64,000 nucleotides of DNA from Tubiluchus corallicola (GCA_030141605.1 JAQGDQ010000468.1:113545-177544); one strand, 5' to 3'. Counted from the first letter of the stretch, positions 1 to 11,437 are shown. The notes: a model not told the origin generated them from the letters alone. Program-made: numbers and translations.

Positions 1-907
1 GCGTATGACTCAGGTCAAACAATTAATACAACTTTACAGTCAGGGTATTGAGGACTTTATTTATGCACTATCCTGTAGTCTGAATGAGATGGGTGGTGTT
101 CCCCTTACCCTTGTACCGGATAACCTGAAATCAGCCATTGTAAAAGCGCACAGATACGAGCCTAATGTAACCCAGGCATTGGAAGATTTTGCCAATCACT
201 ATGGGACAACAGTAACTCCGGCCCGGGTACGAAAGCCTAAAGTTTGGTTGAGAATCAGGTTCGTTTGATCTATAGCCGGGTATATGCACGCTTGCGACAC
301 CAGACATTTTTTGACTTACAATCTCTGAATAAAGCCATTGCTGAAAAAGTTAAGGAGCACAATCAAACACGAATGCAACGTAAGGAATACTGTCGTGAAG
401 AGAAGTTCCTTTCCGATGAAAAACATATCCTGAAACCTCTTCCGAAAAACCACTACAAGATTAAATACTATAAGGAATTAACCGTAGCGAAAAACAATCA
501 CATTTACCTTCATAAGGATAAGCACTATTACAGTGTTCATTACCGCTATATCGGGCGAAAGGTGAAAGTAATCTATACCCGTTCTATGGTATATATTTAC
601 TCCCGGGGAGAACAGATAGCTGTGCATACAAGAAGTTATATCAAAGCAGGATATTCAACCCGAAAAGAACATCTCTGCTCCGAACATAAACATTACATAA
701 GCAGAGCAGAAGTCCGGAGTATTACCTTTAGGATAAGTATCCTGAACAGCTTCGATACAGCTGTTCAGGACTTTTGAGCCTGGCCAGAAAAAGTGATCCG
801 AATGAATTGGATCAGGCATGATTGTCAGAATTATCTGTTCTTTGACCTTAACTGTGTAGAGGGGTCAGCATGACCGAGACAGGGGGTCAATATCACCGAA
901 ATATCCA
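1..907 (+). mobile_element. istA: IS21-family element remnant: internally deleted, frameshifted istA (ORFs 5-268 and 244-777), no istB, right end retained
   Basis: IstA motifs GGVP..LVPDNLKSAI..YEP and VENQVRLIYSRVYARLR; right end has tandem GGGGTCA..ACCG repeats (861-900) and ends ...GAAATATCCA at 907. Confidence 0.85.
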
Positions 908-1200
908 ATGGCTTCGACCGAGCCATTTCATATGGGTTTGACAATATGCAGATGCAAGCTGCACTAACAATCTTTGCAGTCAACCTAAAAAGGATATTGA
1001 AACTCTCGTAGGCAAGTGTTATATATTCCTATAAATAAGGGTTTATGAGCATGAATTAGACCTATCTTTTGCCCATTTAAGGATTTTCGATTTATCAGCT
1101 TTAAAGTAAACAAAGGATGTAACATTTGAGCACTTAGCCCAGCATTACATCCTTATATTTCTAAACTATCCTAAAATATGAAAAGTTTTTCAGTGGCCTC
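908..1200 (+). mobile_element. IS1182-family right-hand remnant (transposase C-terminus 910-1011 plus terminal IR)
   Basis: Frame 910-1011 reads GFDRAISYGFDNMQMQAALTIFAVNLKRILKLS*, resembling Bacteroidota IS1182 transposase C-termini; end AAAAGTTTTTCAGTGGCCTC at 1181-1200. Confidence 0.7.
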
Positions 1201-1248
1201 CGTTTTTTGGGCACCCTCTCTCCTAATTTAGTTGAATAACTAATTCTT

Positions 1249-2568
1249 CTAGAATTCAATTTCTCCTTTTATTCCAACCTCAACTTCTTTCCATAGGTTT
1301 TTCTCGATGATATGAACAATATCAAACACCATTAGGCCATCTGACTTTTCTATATTCATAGCAATGGATCTACTTAACTGATCGCGGTTGTTGTAGAACT
1401 GATCAACAAGGATGCCACCATAAAACTGGTTGTCTCCAAGAATATTACGAATATGCTTACAGCTACCTTCAACACAATACCAGTCTCCGCTTTGAGCTTC
1501 ACTATCTGTTTCGTTCCAAACTGCCTCACCTTTCTCTCGGTACTCTTTAATGGTTACATTGGTATAGTAGTTACCTGTTGTGTAAAGGTCCATTAACTCA
1601 GCATAACCTGTATTTTTGTAGTTAGCAGATGCCCACCCAAAATCTCTTGAAGTGTCATATTCATTACTTGCCCAGTTTACACCTACTTCATAATAAGATG
1701 GATACCAAGCTCCTGTGTATGTACCATAGCTAATATTCGGATTTACTGCTTTCACTGCAGCTTTTGATTTAGCCATAAAATCATAAATCACCTGGCTTCT
1801 CCACTCGATCCACTCTTTAAATTTTGGTCCGTTAACACGCTTTGCTTTGCCATCGCTATCTTTTTGCCACTCAAATATATCAGTTGGCCAGTTTTTCACC
1901 TCTTTACCAATCGCCTCTTCGAATGCCGCTTTTGATAAATCACTAAAATCGGCCATTATACCATCAAATCTAACACGATCGGTAATGATACCATCTAGCT
2001 TAGGATACATAGCAGTAACCTCTTCAAGTATTGAAATAATATATGCTTGGTATTCCATGTTAGCTGGATTAACCATGGCACTATATTTATTTTTCAAGTT
2101 AGTAATACTCGTTAACCCCTGATCGGGTGTATAAACAATTGTAGCCCACTCTGGGTGGTCAGTATATGCAGGACCAATATCAAAATGATTATGACCGGCG
2201 ACAAATACATTTAATGAGGCGTGAATTTCCAGTCCTAGTTTATGACCTGTTTCGATAAATCGACCAAGAAAATCGAAATCAGCTCGTTTAACTCCTTTCC
2301 ACTCAGTTAACTCATCAGCTATCTTACTTGAATACAACACGCTACCATCAATTGGTCTGACATCAACTACAGCATGTGTAAACCCTAAATCGGCAATTTT
2401 CTTTAAATAATAGTCGATGCTATCTGGGTAATTAAATCGCTCATAATTAGCTGTAGCATCAAACCACATTAATTTTTTCTTTTCATCTTTTTGTTCTGCG
2501 CTTTGCGTAGTGCAGCTCGATGCAAGCACTAAAACAATACAGACTAGTAGAAAACTTAATTTCTTCAT
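1249..2568 (-). CDS. GHL10-family (glycosyl hydrolase-like 10) lipoprotein
   Basis: Lipobox LASSC; WFDATAN, VVDVRP, DGIITDRVRFD and GAWYPSYYEVGVNWAS motifs; paralogous to 9938-11335. Confidence 0.75.
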   Translation of the reverse strand: MKKLSFLLVCIVLVLASSCTTQSAEQKDEKKKLMWFDATANYERFNYPDSIDYYLKKIADLGFTHAVVDVRPIDGSVLYSSKIADELTEWKGVKRADFDFLGRFIETGHKLGLEIHASLNVFVAGHNHFDIGPAYTDHPEWATIVYTPDQGLTSITNLKNKYSAMVNPANMEYQAYIISILEEVTAMYPKLDGIITDRVRFDGIMADFSDLSKAAFEEAIGKEVKNWPTDIFEWQKDSDGKAKRVNGPKFKEWIEWRSQVIYDFMAKSKAAVKAVNPNISYGTYTGAWYPSYYEVGVNWASNEYDTSRDFGWASANYKNTGYAELMDLYTTGNYYTNVTIKEYREKGEAVWNETDSEAQSGDWYCVEGSCKHIRNILGDNQFYGGILVDQFYNNRDQLSRSIAMNIEKSDGLMVFDIVHIIEKNLWKEVEVGIKGEIEF

Positions 2569-2601
2569 AATAAAAACACATTTAATTTATTTGTATAATT
2601 T

Positions 2602-3962
2602 TTAATTGATTTCTATTTCGTCGATAAACAGAAAGGCTGGCTTGTTTTTCGCCGGATACCAATCAGGCATTGACCTAGACTGCCTGCAATGACTTTTACA
2701 TAGCGAGCTTCAATAGCATCATTACCTAAAGAGGCCGCTTCATATGCATAGCCACTGCTTCGCCATGCCATTAATGTTGCATTTACTGATATGCCGCCTT
2801 CCATTATTTCATCCCAACCAATTAACGATCTGCCATGTTTGGCTAAGTAGATTTCAATAGTTTGGGTAAAATGACTTTGCAGCTTCTGCTCAGGGGTAAA
2901 ATGTTTATCTGAAATAAAGCCCAGACTCTTAATTTTTGCCTGGCAGGCTTTACATTTTTCCCACTCATCTTTCGGGCATTCATCACCTCCAATATGGATG
3001 TATTTGGAAGGAAACAAGTCCATGATCTCATCCAGAACATTGTATACAAATTCATAGGATGATTCTTTTCCAACGCACAATACACCTTCAAACACACCCC
3101 ATGTTTCTGCTACTTTCATTTCTTTGCCTGTACATCCCAGCTCAGGGTAAGCGGCCAGTGCGGCTACCATGTAACCGGGCATATCTATTTCAGGAATTAC
3201 CATGATTGAGCGATCAGATGCGTATTGAACTACATCACGAACTTCTTCTTGCGAATAAAAACCACTGTGTGGGATGCCATCATATTCAGATGAATTTCTG
3301 CCTATTACCGTTTGTGCTCGGTATGCTCCCACTTCTGTCAGCTTAGGATATTGCTTAATCTCAATTCGCCATCCCTGATCTTCAGTCAAATGCCAATGAA
3401 ACATATTCATCTTGTGCATAGCTAGTATATCGATAAAACGCTTGATTGAATCAACCGAGAAGAAGTGGCGACCCACATCCAGATGAACTCCACGATATGA
3501 AAAGGCAGGCTCATCATGAATTAAGACACCATTTATTTGAATTGATTTGCCAATACTTTTGCTTGCAAGGGACATCAGTTGCTTAAGCGACTGTAATGCG
3601 TAAAAAGAACCTGCTTTTGTGAAAGCTTGAATATGTATCTTTTCACTATTTACATTCAAATTATAGCCTTCATCATTATCCATTTCCTGATAAGAAAAAA
3701 GCACGTCGCACTCAGCACTACTTTCTATAAACTTGACTGAAAAACCGTAATCTGACAGATGCTCTTTCAATGCCCAGGCTGTCGGTAAAAAAGTGATATT
3801 ATCGTAACTGACCTTTATTGCCTTGCCAGACTTCCACACTAAATGCCCGCTGGTTTCTGTCAGTTTTGTTGGTAAAGGAACAAGTGAAGAACTTTGTGAT
3901 TCTATTACTGTATCACAAGCTATCAGTCCTATCGCAATAAAACAAATAATAAAATACTTCAT
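2602..3962 (-). pseudogene. GH20 beta-N-acetylhexosaminidase with large internal deletion and terminal frameshift
   Basis: RGVHLDVGRHF, HWHLTEDQGWR and HIGGDE motifs; after AASLGNDAI it jumps to the extreme C-terminal ARYVKVIA, and AFLFIDEIEIN* follows in another frame (stop at 2602). Confidence 0.8.
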
Positions 3963-3963
3963 C

Positions 3964-5037
3964 TTAATGTTTTATGTGTTTACTAATAATTGGGTATAGG
4001 AACTCAGCATATCTTATGAAGCCTAAATCTGTTAAATGAATTCCATCAACTGTAGCTTCTCCGTCAATACCTATTAGCTTCTCAGGGTTTATATAGCTGA
4101 GATGTCGGTCTCCTTTTTTTATAATTAATTGGCAAATAGTCTCTAAGGCTTTATTCTTCTCGTCCACAACTGTTCTTATCTGTGTGTCAAACTGTGAATG
4201 AGGAAAACAAATACTCCCTACTATAACTATATGGGTTTGAGGGTGCTTCTTTCGTATGCGCTCTACAAACTCCTCTGTTTTATCATTTAATTGTTGTGTA
4301 TTTACATTTGGCACAAAATCCAAAACAAAAACAGATGCGTCTGAATCGGCCATCAGGTCGGCAATTTCATAATCCAACTGACCATTTCCGCTAAACCCCA
4401 AATTAATTACTTGTCTGTTTAATTTTCGCCCCAAAACAGCTGTATATGCCATACCGGGTCGTGAGGCGCATGCGCCCTGAGTGATACTAGTACCATAGAA
4501 AACAACCGGCTTACTGCTTTGTGGGGCTTCCATCTTTGGTTTCTCAATAAGAGATAATGAATCAACGCCTATTGCCAACTCTTTAAGGCCATCATATAGT
4601 GGGAGGTAAAGCATATACTCGCGCATACGACCATCCATATTCTGAATAATGGTTTGATTGTTTAGAATGGCATGCGGACGGCCGGTATTGACAAACTGCC
4701 AGCGTTCATTCTCATATGCATACAGATCCAGCCCTTTTACTCCCACTGCAGTCATATGATTCAATACGACATCATCTGCTAACTTCCATTTGGCTGAAAT
4801 AGATGTTGAATTAGAGCTAAAACGAATATATAAACCTGCACTATTGGTTCCCAAATACCACAAACGATCACGAATCTCTCCTTCAAGTTGACTGGGTAGT
4901 CGCTCATACCTTGCGTTAGTCTTCCCGGTAATTTTGCCATAAACCGGAAATGTTGATGCATCGTAAAAGACTGTTTGTGATGCTGTATGAACAGAGACAA
5001 GCCCTAGTATTAAACCAATTATTATAACCTTATTCAT
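3964..5037 (-). CDS. SGNH/GDSL hydrolase (esterase)
   Basis: FYGTSITQG, NLGFSGNG and DGIHL catalytic blocks; signal peptide. Confidence 0.85.
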   Translation of the reverse strand: MNKVIIIGLILGLVSVHTASQTVFYDASTFPVYGKITGKTNARYERLPSQLEGEIRDRLWYLGTNSAGLYIRFSSNSTSISAKWKLADDVVLNHMTAVGVKGLDLYAYENERWQFVNTGRPHAILNNQTIIQNMDGRMREYMLYLPLYDGLKELAIGVDSLSLIEKPKMEAPQSSKPVVFYGTSITQGACASRPGMAYTAVLGRKLNRQVINLGFSGNGQLDYEIADLMADSDASVFVLDFVPNVNTQQLNDKTEEFVERIRKKHPQTHIVIVGSICFPHSQFDTQIRTVVDEKNKALETICQLIIKKGDRHLSYINPEKLIGIDGEATVDGIHLTDLGFIRYAEFLYPIISKHIKH

Positions 5038-5065
5038 TGTATTTACAGTTTGATCTCTTTACGGG

Positions 5066-6466
5066 TTATGTCCTCCAAAACCATTTAATGCGCGTGAAGA
5101 ATGCGGCAAGCAGCATTGCTAAAGTCGTTAATATAACTCCTCTCAAAAAACCTGTCCACGCATTGGCATTCAGCATATCCAGATAAGGCGTCAGCCGCAA
5201 CAGGTTTAGTAAAGGCATTACAACTAAACTTGATGCCACATAAGCAATCATTGGGTTTTGTCCGGCCATTTCAAATCCTTTAAAAACTCCCTTAACCTTG
5301 TAGATATCACAAATGATTGAGAATGCTATCATCGCAAAAAATGCTAATCCGGAAGTCACAAAATAGAAACTGTATGTTGATGAATCTTTACGAATACCAC
5401 CTTCGTATCCTTCAAAGACCAAACCTAACAATAGCATGTAACTGCCTGCTACCAATAGTTTGTTCCATAGTTTACCATTTATGCTTGTCTTATCGTTTAA
5501 CCAATACAAAGCTGCCAACAGCACAACCGAAAGACCAAGGTTAAGCACCATATAACGCATATACAAGCAGTAAAGATTGACAACAATCAATGCAATGGAT
5601 ATGGCGAAAATGGCAATATATTTTGGCTGTCCTTTGGGTGATTCTTTCTGAGTATTCATTTGCTTAATCCAATCAAGCAAATACTCACCAGCTATTGAAC
5701 CGGGAATGACGATGAATAAATACTTCAGATAGTAAAACTTGTACATCCACGGTAGCGGTGACCAATGAAAAAATGAGCTAACCCAAGACTCGGAATTTGA
5801 GCTTGCTAAAAATATACCCATCAGAAACGGCAGTATTGCAATACGCCTAAGACTCTTACCATGCGTAAAAATATAGGCTATCGATACGAATATTGCCATG
5901 TTAGCCAAAACCAGAATAATGATATTGCTGAAAGCCATGCTAAATTCCCGATCTTTGGCATACGGCACTGTCAGTAACATGCCAGCTCCCGCAGCAAAAG
6001 CAATAATCTTTATCAACCAATGTCCCCACCTGGGCAATGGTAAAGGCAGGCGCATAAACATGGGAAACATGAGTATAAACGAAAAAATGGCAATCAACCA
6101 TGCTTTTGTGTCTTGTGGTGCACTAACAATGTGTGGATACATGTGCTGAATAAAAATGGCAAAAAATGTAAGCTGAGCACCACGCACCAAACTGTCGCGG
6201 ACTAATGCCAGCTTCGAGCTGCCTTTTTCCAGCTTACGTCCCAGTGAAAAGGGGAATGCAGCACCCATGGCAAACAAGAAAAACGGGAATACCAGATCGA
6301 CCCAGGTAATTCCATATCTTAAGCCATCAAATGCATGACTTGGAGGTGGGGTTTGTGCATGGTACATCCACCCCGGCAATATGCCATAAGCCACTGTTGC
6401 AGATAGCACCATAGTTACAATAGCATAACCACGAAAAACATCTAAAGATATAGCACGTTGATTCAT
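5066..6466 (-). CDS. DUF5009 / HGSNAT-like multi-pass membrane acyltransferase
   Basis: RAISLDVFRG and TWVDLVFPFFLF motifs; many TM segments. Confidence 0.8.
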   Translation of the reverse strand: MNQRAISLDVFRGYAIVTMVLSATVAYGILPGWMYHAQTPPPSHAFDGLRYGITWVDLVFPFFLFAMGAAFPFSLGRKLEKGSSKLALVRDSLVRGAQLTFFAIFIQHMYPHIVSAPQDTKAWLIAIFSFILMFPMFMRLPLPLPRWGHWLIKIIAFAAGAGMLLTVPYAKDREFSMAFSNIIILVLANMAIFVSIAYIFTHGKSLRRIAILPFLMGIFLASSNSESWVSSFFHWSPLPWMYKFYYLKYLFIVIPGSIAGEYLLDWIKQMNTQKESPKGQPKYIAIFAISIALIVVNLYCLYMRYMVLNLGLSVVLLAALYWLNDKTSINGKLWNKLLVAGSYMLLLGLVFEGYEGGIRKDSSTYSFYFVTSGLAFFAMIAFSIICDIYKVKGVFKGFEMAGQNPMIAYVASSLVVMPLLNLLRLTPYLDMLNANAWTGFLRGVILTTLAMLLAAFFTRIKWFWRT

Positions 6467-6558
6467 TTATTCCTTTTTATTAATAGTTCATTTCGTTTGT
6501 TCCGGCACCACGTCAATAATAAACGTGACACCAGAGTAGTCTCTCTTCACATTATACT

Positions 6559-7809
6559 CTAGTATATCGCCACGGCTGTGACAACTGTTCGCTGTTGCCC
6601 ATCGCTTGGAATAATGGTTTCCTGCCCGTTAACCAACATACATGTTGAGCCACCACCATCTAAGTTAATGGCATTGACGCATCCGATTTGACCCAATAAA
6701 TCAGCAACATCAAAAAGAGATAAACCAGGTGTATCTGGTGTTTGATTTCGTCCCTCACACGCGAAGAAAATCAAGTAACCGTGCTTTGTTACACCTATTG
6801 CCGAACGTGGATGATTGTAAGTAACCTGAACACCACTTGCATTATCAAACAATTCAGGCTCCCATGTTACATCAACAACACCATCTTTAATTAACATTGG
6901 ACCAGCTCCAATTGCTGTTTGAGGTTTCCACTCTGAAGCTCCTTCAGGGAATGTTTTCGATGGAATTGGTAATGGCTCTTCTCCTGTTTTATTTGGTGCA
7001 GGAGCCGGATATGAATAAGTGATATCTCCGTTTGTATAAGCCCATTCGGCAGCAAAAGATTGTTCTCCAAAGTATCCAAAGCAAGCTTGTGTAGGATAAT
7101 AAACCTTTGAGTCGCGATAAACCATTGGTTGAGCCTTTTTAATCACCTCTCCGTCACGCTTAACAAATCCTAAGGCATTACCTGCATAGAAGTAACCCGC
7201 GTTAAGCACGAATGCAGGTTTACCATTGTCAGAGTAAAATCCGCTTGGGGTATGCGAACCGGATGCCTCACCTAATACATCAAACTTGGCATCGGAATGA
7301 TTCATATCCGCTACGGCAATATATGCTTTGATTTTTTTACCTTCAAACTCGTTGGAATTTTCATAAACTGATAAATACTCTGGCAACTCGCCAAATCTAT
7401 CAGAAGCAGCCCAACCATGCTCAGAGGGGTCGAATGCAGGAATGGTGTAACTAACCTTAAACCTAAATGTCGATGTTTGATTACTGTGTTTTACTTTTAT
7501 TGTTGGATTAGAATTTAAATCATATGATGCTTGCACTTCGTCTGGCTCTACCATCTCAACCCCATCTGCCAATACAAGTTTTATCTGTACATCACTTACA
7601 TCCGTATGCTGTTCAAATTGTAAAGTGATAATCTTTCCAAAATTGTCTACTTTTGCATGTAACACCTCTGGGGCAATAACTTCGACTTCATTAATTATTT
7701 CCGGTGAAAAATTTATCTCTTCACCTTCACTTTCACATGCTGTGCTGTAAAGCAAAAAACCAAAAAGAAATAGAAGATTGAACAAGCTGCTTACTGAATC
7801 ATTTTTCAT
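6559..7809 (-). CDS. NAGPA-like phosphodiester glycosidase lipoprotein
   Basis: NAGYF, GAGPMLI, HPRSAIG and AINLDGGGS motifs; lipobox STAC. Confidence 0.85.
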   Translation of the reverse strand: MKNDSVSSLFNLLFLFGFLLYSTACESEGEEINFSPEIINEVEVIAPEVLHAKVDNFGKIITLQFEQHTDVSDVQIKLVLADGVEMVEPDEVQASYDLNSNPTIKVKHSNQTSTFRFKVSYTIPAFDPSEHGWAASDRFGELPEYLSVYENSNEFEGKKIKAYIAVADMNHSDAKFDVLGEASGSHTPSGFYSDNGKPAFVLNAGYFYAGNALGFVKRDGEVIKKAQPMVYRDSKVYYPTQACFGYFGEQSFAAEWAYTNGDITYSYPAPAPNKTGEEPLPIPSKTFPEGASEWKPQTAIGAGPMLIKDGVVDVTWEPELFDNASGVQVTYNHPRSAIGVTKHGYLIFFACEGRNQTPDTPGLSLFDVADLLGQIGCVNAINLDGGGSTCMLVNGQETIIPSDGQQRTVVTAVAIY

Positions 7810-7846
7810 AACTTATTGTATTAAAGTTTATCTGGTTACTGGATTA

Positions 7847-8464
7847 TTATCTGATCTCTAATCTAAACCCTGCTGCTGGAATTCCTTCCGTGTTACTTAA
7901 GTTTGTAACTATGTAATTTTTAAAGCCATACCTCACTTCTCTAGGATTTTCAATTTCATCATGTCAGATGGTTACTCGGCTAGATCCTCCTAATATTTCT
8001 GCATTGGCTGTTTTAAACACACCATTGGGCTGTTTGACACTGGCATTGACAATGGTCTTGTGAGATCCAAATACCGGTTGCCCCCTATATCCTTTTACAG
8101 GCATCTCCATATTTGACTGACCGCTACAAAGCCATACCTCACCTATCAAAACATTATCAAGCACCAATTTGTCGCCATCACTAATTGTTATTGAATGTGC
8201 ATCGTGGCTACCAACAGGCGTACTCAGCCACACCTCCCATACGCCATTGGCATTACATTTAACTTTTTGCTTTTTTGAACTCCATGATGCCTGTACTGAA
8301 ATAGTTTTACCTATTTCTGCCCATCCCCATAATTTCACTTGCGTATTTTGCTGCAACACCATATTATCGCCAAGATATGCGGGTAGCTTAACTTTAGCCT
8401 GAAGATGATTTAAGCCTATCAAAGCAAATATGAGTAGAGACAATATGTATTTGTAATAGCTCAT
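7847..8464 (-). pseudogene. Sialate O-acetylesterase with central deletion and in-frame TGA
   Basis: DNMVLQQ and IGEVWLCSGQSNME N-terminus joined directly to C-terminal ...VTI*HDEIENPREVRYGFKNY...NTEGIPAAGFR; central region missing. Confidence 0.8.
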
Positions 8465-8486
8465 GGTATAGTAGTTTAGTGGCTGA

Positions 8487-9917
8487 TTATTTGTTAAGAT
8501 TCGTTTTATAAACATTCCCGAACGGATCGGTTACATGCACTTCGATTAATGCATTGGCATCTGCAGGACGCGCTTTAAAAAGATGCGATGTTGGTGTTGG
8601 GCCAATCCACTTATAATCTAACTTATCTTTATCAGCATAGATGACACTTACATCAGGATCGTAGCCTTTGCACTGGGTCATTTCGCCCTGCTTAAGCCCA
8701 TTTTCGTACCATTCAATGTGCCAGCCGGGTCCCCAGTTCCATACATTGGCAACAATCTCTTCCGGGTTATTGCTATCATAACCAACCGAATATAGTTTAA
8801 ACTGAAAAGACTTGTCATAGCCCACACTCTTGTAAAACCATGACAAAGAATCGCCATCAACTTCAAAAACCTGATAACCACAAGGTGTTCCATCGGTACA
8901 TACTGCTCCTTGCCACCATGCTCCACCTATAGAAGCAATAATATGTTCCTGAACTGAAGGGGTATGCCTAAGGTTAAGGTTACAATGTTCATGTCCTGAT
9001 AGTATGTGCGCATTGTAAGGTTCCAAAATTTTATATAATGCATTCCGGTTGCTTACCCCTTTTCCCAACTTAGAATAATTAAAAGCATTTCGATCCTCCG
9101 TAAGTGAAGTAGGAATGTGCATGGCGACAATGACTAACGATCCTTCGGGGACAGATGCCAAATCTTGCTCGAGCCAGCTTAACATCTTTTCTTCGAGGTA
9201 ACCAATATAAAAGTATTGGTGTCCTAAATAGAAAACACTGTTTAGCACAACATAGTGGACATTTCCCCGATTGAACGAATAGTATGTAGGGCCAAACGAC
9301 TCCTCGTAACTCGGTGTCGTATTTTCATTTGAACGATGGTTAAAATTAAGGTCATGGTTTCCCACAACTCTAAAAAATGGTATCTCTAACTGACCAAGTT
9401 TATCAATATATCGTGGATACAGGTGATGTCTATCGGCCACCAGATCGCCACAGTCAATACCGAAAAATGTCTTTTTTAAAGGATGATTGTTAAGTAGTTC
9501 TTTGCAATCATCAATGGCTTCCTGATAAAAGTCAAACTCTTTGTCTTTGCCTAACTGAGGATCGGCATGTGCGAAAAATGCATGTTTAGAATCATCCTCA
9601 AGCAATGGGGTAAGGTTAAAATTGTAATCTTTTCGTTGTTCTAAATCAACGGGAAGGTAAAAGGACGGTACGCCCTTGTCGTGGTTAAAATGATAACCGG
9701 CAGGAGTTGAAATAAAAACAAACTTGCTTTTATTGCTTAAATCCAGCTGGTATTTTCCTTTGGAGTCTGTTCTGGTCACAGAAATACCATCGGAAACAAC
9801 AACATTTGCTATACCTTTATTATCACTCAACACTTTCCCTTTGATGGTTTGGGCATTTATCCCTAGACATAGTGATAATAAAATTAAGAGGCTAACAACT
9901 ACCTGCCATGTTCTCAT
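8487..9917 (-). CDS. Calcineurin-like metallophosphoesterase with N- and C-terminal accessory domains
   Basis: ADPQ, CGDLV, GNHD and SGHEH metal-binding motifs; NVVVSDG N-domain; signal peptide. Confidence 0.85.
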   Translation of the reverse strand: MRTWQVVVSLLILLSLCLGINAQTIKGKVLSDNKGIANVVVSDGISVTRTDSKGKYQLDLSNKSKFVFISTPAGYHFNHDKGVPSFYLPVDLEQRKDYNFNLTPLLEDDSKHAFFAHADPQLGKDKEFDFYQEAIDDCKELLNNHPLKKTFFGIDCGDLVADRHHLYPRYIDKLGQLEIPFFRVVGNHDLNFNHRSNENTTPSYEESFGPTYYSFNRGNVHYVVLNSVFYLGHQYFYIGYLEEKMLSWLEQDLASVPEGSLVIVAMHIPTSLTEDRNAFNYSKLGKGVSNRNALYKILEPYNAHILSGHEHCNLNLRHTPSVQEHIIASIGGAWWQGAVCTDGTPCGYQVFEVDGDSLSWFYKSVGYDKSFQFKLYSVGYDSNNPEEIVANVWNWGPGWHIEWYENGLKQGEMTQCKGYDPDVSVIYADKDKLDYKWIGPTPTSHLFKARPADANALIEVHVTDPFGNVYKTNLNK

Positions 9918-9937
9918 TGTTCTAATTCTTAGATTAA

Positions 9938-11335
9938 TTATTTAATTTCTTCACCAATTGCATCCTCAATGCCTTGCTGCACATACTCCCACTGGTCTTT
10001 CTGCTTAAGATGAATCATGTCAAACAAGAAATAGCCATCGCAGGCATTAATAGCCGCATCCACCGATTGAACAATGGCGCTATTCACGACGTCATCAGGT
10101 TCAGTTGCCCATGCTCCATTACCAATATCCGGCCCACCGGCCACAATAGCATCTTGTCTGATTTTCTCTTTGGCCAAAGAGCAAAATCCTTGTATCGACC
10201 ATTCAGATGACCCATACACACGTGTAGGTGATGCGTATGCACCAATTAACATGATGTCCATATGGTCGGCATATCCGGCCTCCTGATACTTTGAACTGGC
10301 CCATTGAGGGTAATGCGAGGCTGTATTATAATCGGGGCTTGCCCAATTAACACCAACCTCATAATAAGTCGAATACCAACCACCAACGTACACACCAAAG
10401 TCGATGCTATTATTAACAGATTTCACACGATTACGCGCTGCTACCATAAAATCATGAATGCCCAAAGCCCTGAATTCAAGCCATTGTTTGAAATATGGTG
10501 GCAATGGTGAAGGTAAATTCCCAACCTCAATACCCGGTGTCATCACATCTTCAGGGAAGTTCGCAATGCTAAATCCTAAATATTCTTCAAACTTTTGTCT
10601 TGAATAACCTGAGAAATCACTCTGGAAATTATCAAATCGACCACGATCGAGGATAATACCATCTAATTGGTCATAAGCAGCCAGGTCTTCAAGCATTGAT
10701 AGCAAATACTCCTGAACTTCATCGTGCAAAGGATTTAAAAATTTTGCTCCAGTGCCTCCTCTATCCATGGTATTAACAATCCCTGATGTAGTCAGCAATC
10801 CAGTCGCCCACTCTTTTTTATCTGCTTCACGGTAAAGCATTCCATGACCACCTAAACTCGACATATTTCCGCCTGGCATTGTATTTATTGCTGCATACAC
10901 TTTTAAATCCAATTCTTTGCTTGCTTCAATAAATGCCTCTAGATAATCCCATGTGGCAGTTCGCTCAACCTTTGTGTATACCCCTGACACCCATGCTCCA
11001 AGCCATTTTACCTGATCCACAATACTTGTTTGAAACAATGCATCTCCACATGTAGGGCGAACATCAACAACAACATGAGTAAACCCGGACTCTTTGGCCA
11101 GTGTTAAATCTCTTTTAATGTTCTCTTTGCTATTGGCAAAGTCAGGGAAGTTTGCACCGGCATCAATCCAGATATACCTGGGTTTATCTGCATTATCAGT
11201 TTTATCCTCGTCCCACTCCCATTCGTTACTCGTCGAAGAATCATTGCAGGCTACAAGGCTGATCAACAAGCAAACAGACAATAATGAACTTAGTATTTTT
11301 ATAGAGTATCTTTGAAATATATTCCTCATGTTCAA
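9938..11335 (-). CDS. GHL10-family lipoprotein (second paralogue)
   Basis: WIDAGAN, VVDVRP, DGIILDRGRFD and GGWYSTYYEVGVNWAS motifs; lipobox LVAC. Confidence 0.75.
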   Translation of the reverse strand: MNMRNIFQRYSIKILSSLLSVCLLISLVACNDSSTSNEWEWDEDKTDNADKPRYIWIDAGANFPDFANSKENIKRDLTLAKESGFTHVVVDVRPTCGDALFQTSIVDQVKWLGAWVSGVYTKVERTATWDYLEAFIEASKELDLKVYAAINTMPGGNMSSLGGHGMLYREADKKEWATGLLTTSGIVNTMDRGGTGAKFLNPLHDEVQEYLLSMLEDLAAYDQLDGIILDRGRFDNFQSDFSGYSRQKFEEYLGFSIANFPEDVMTPGIEVGNLPSPLPPYFKQWLEFRALGIHDFMVAARNRVKSVNNSIDFGVYVGGWYSTYYEVGVNWASPDYNTASHYPQWASSKYQEAGYADHMDIMLIGAYASPTRVYGSSEWSIQGFCSLAKEKIRQDAIVAGGPDIGNGAWATEPDDVVNSAIVQSVDAAINACDGYFLFDMIHLKQKDQWEYVQQGIEDAIGEEIK

Positions 11336-11392
11336 TTTTTTGTTTTAACTACAACCACAATCCAGTATAATGTATGCTATTATAAAGAATAG

Positions 11393-11414
11393 GCTGCCGG
11401 TAATAACCGGCAGC
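11393..11414 (-). terminator. Intergenic GC-rich hairpin (terminator or mRNA-stabilising stem) separating susC/D/lipoprotein genes from the enzyme genes
   Basis: GCTGCCGG-taataa-CCGGCAGC followed on the minus strand by CTATTCTTT. Confidence 0.5.
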
Positions 11415-11437
11415 TACCCTTTCAATAATTCAATGAA

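Noticed and set aside
7964-7966. In-frame TGA at a probable Trp position, suggesting an alternative genetic code
   Set aside because: The gene is already a deletion pseudogene, and TGA serves as a normal stop in intact genes (e.g. thrA, bioB, bioD)
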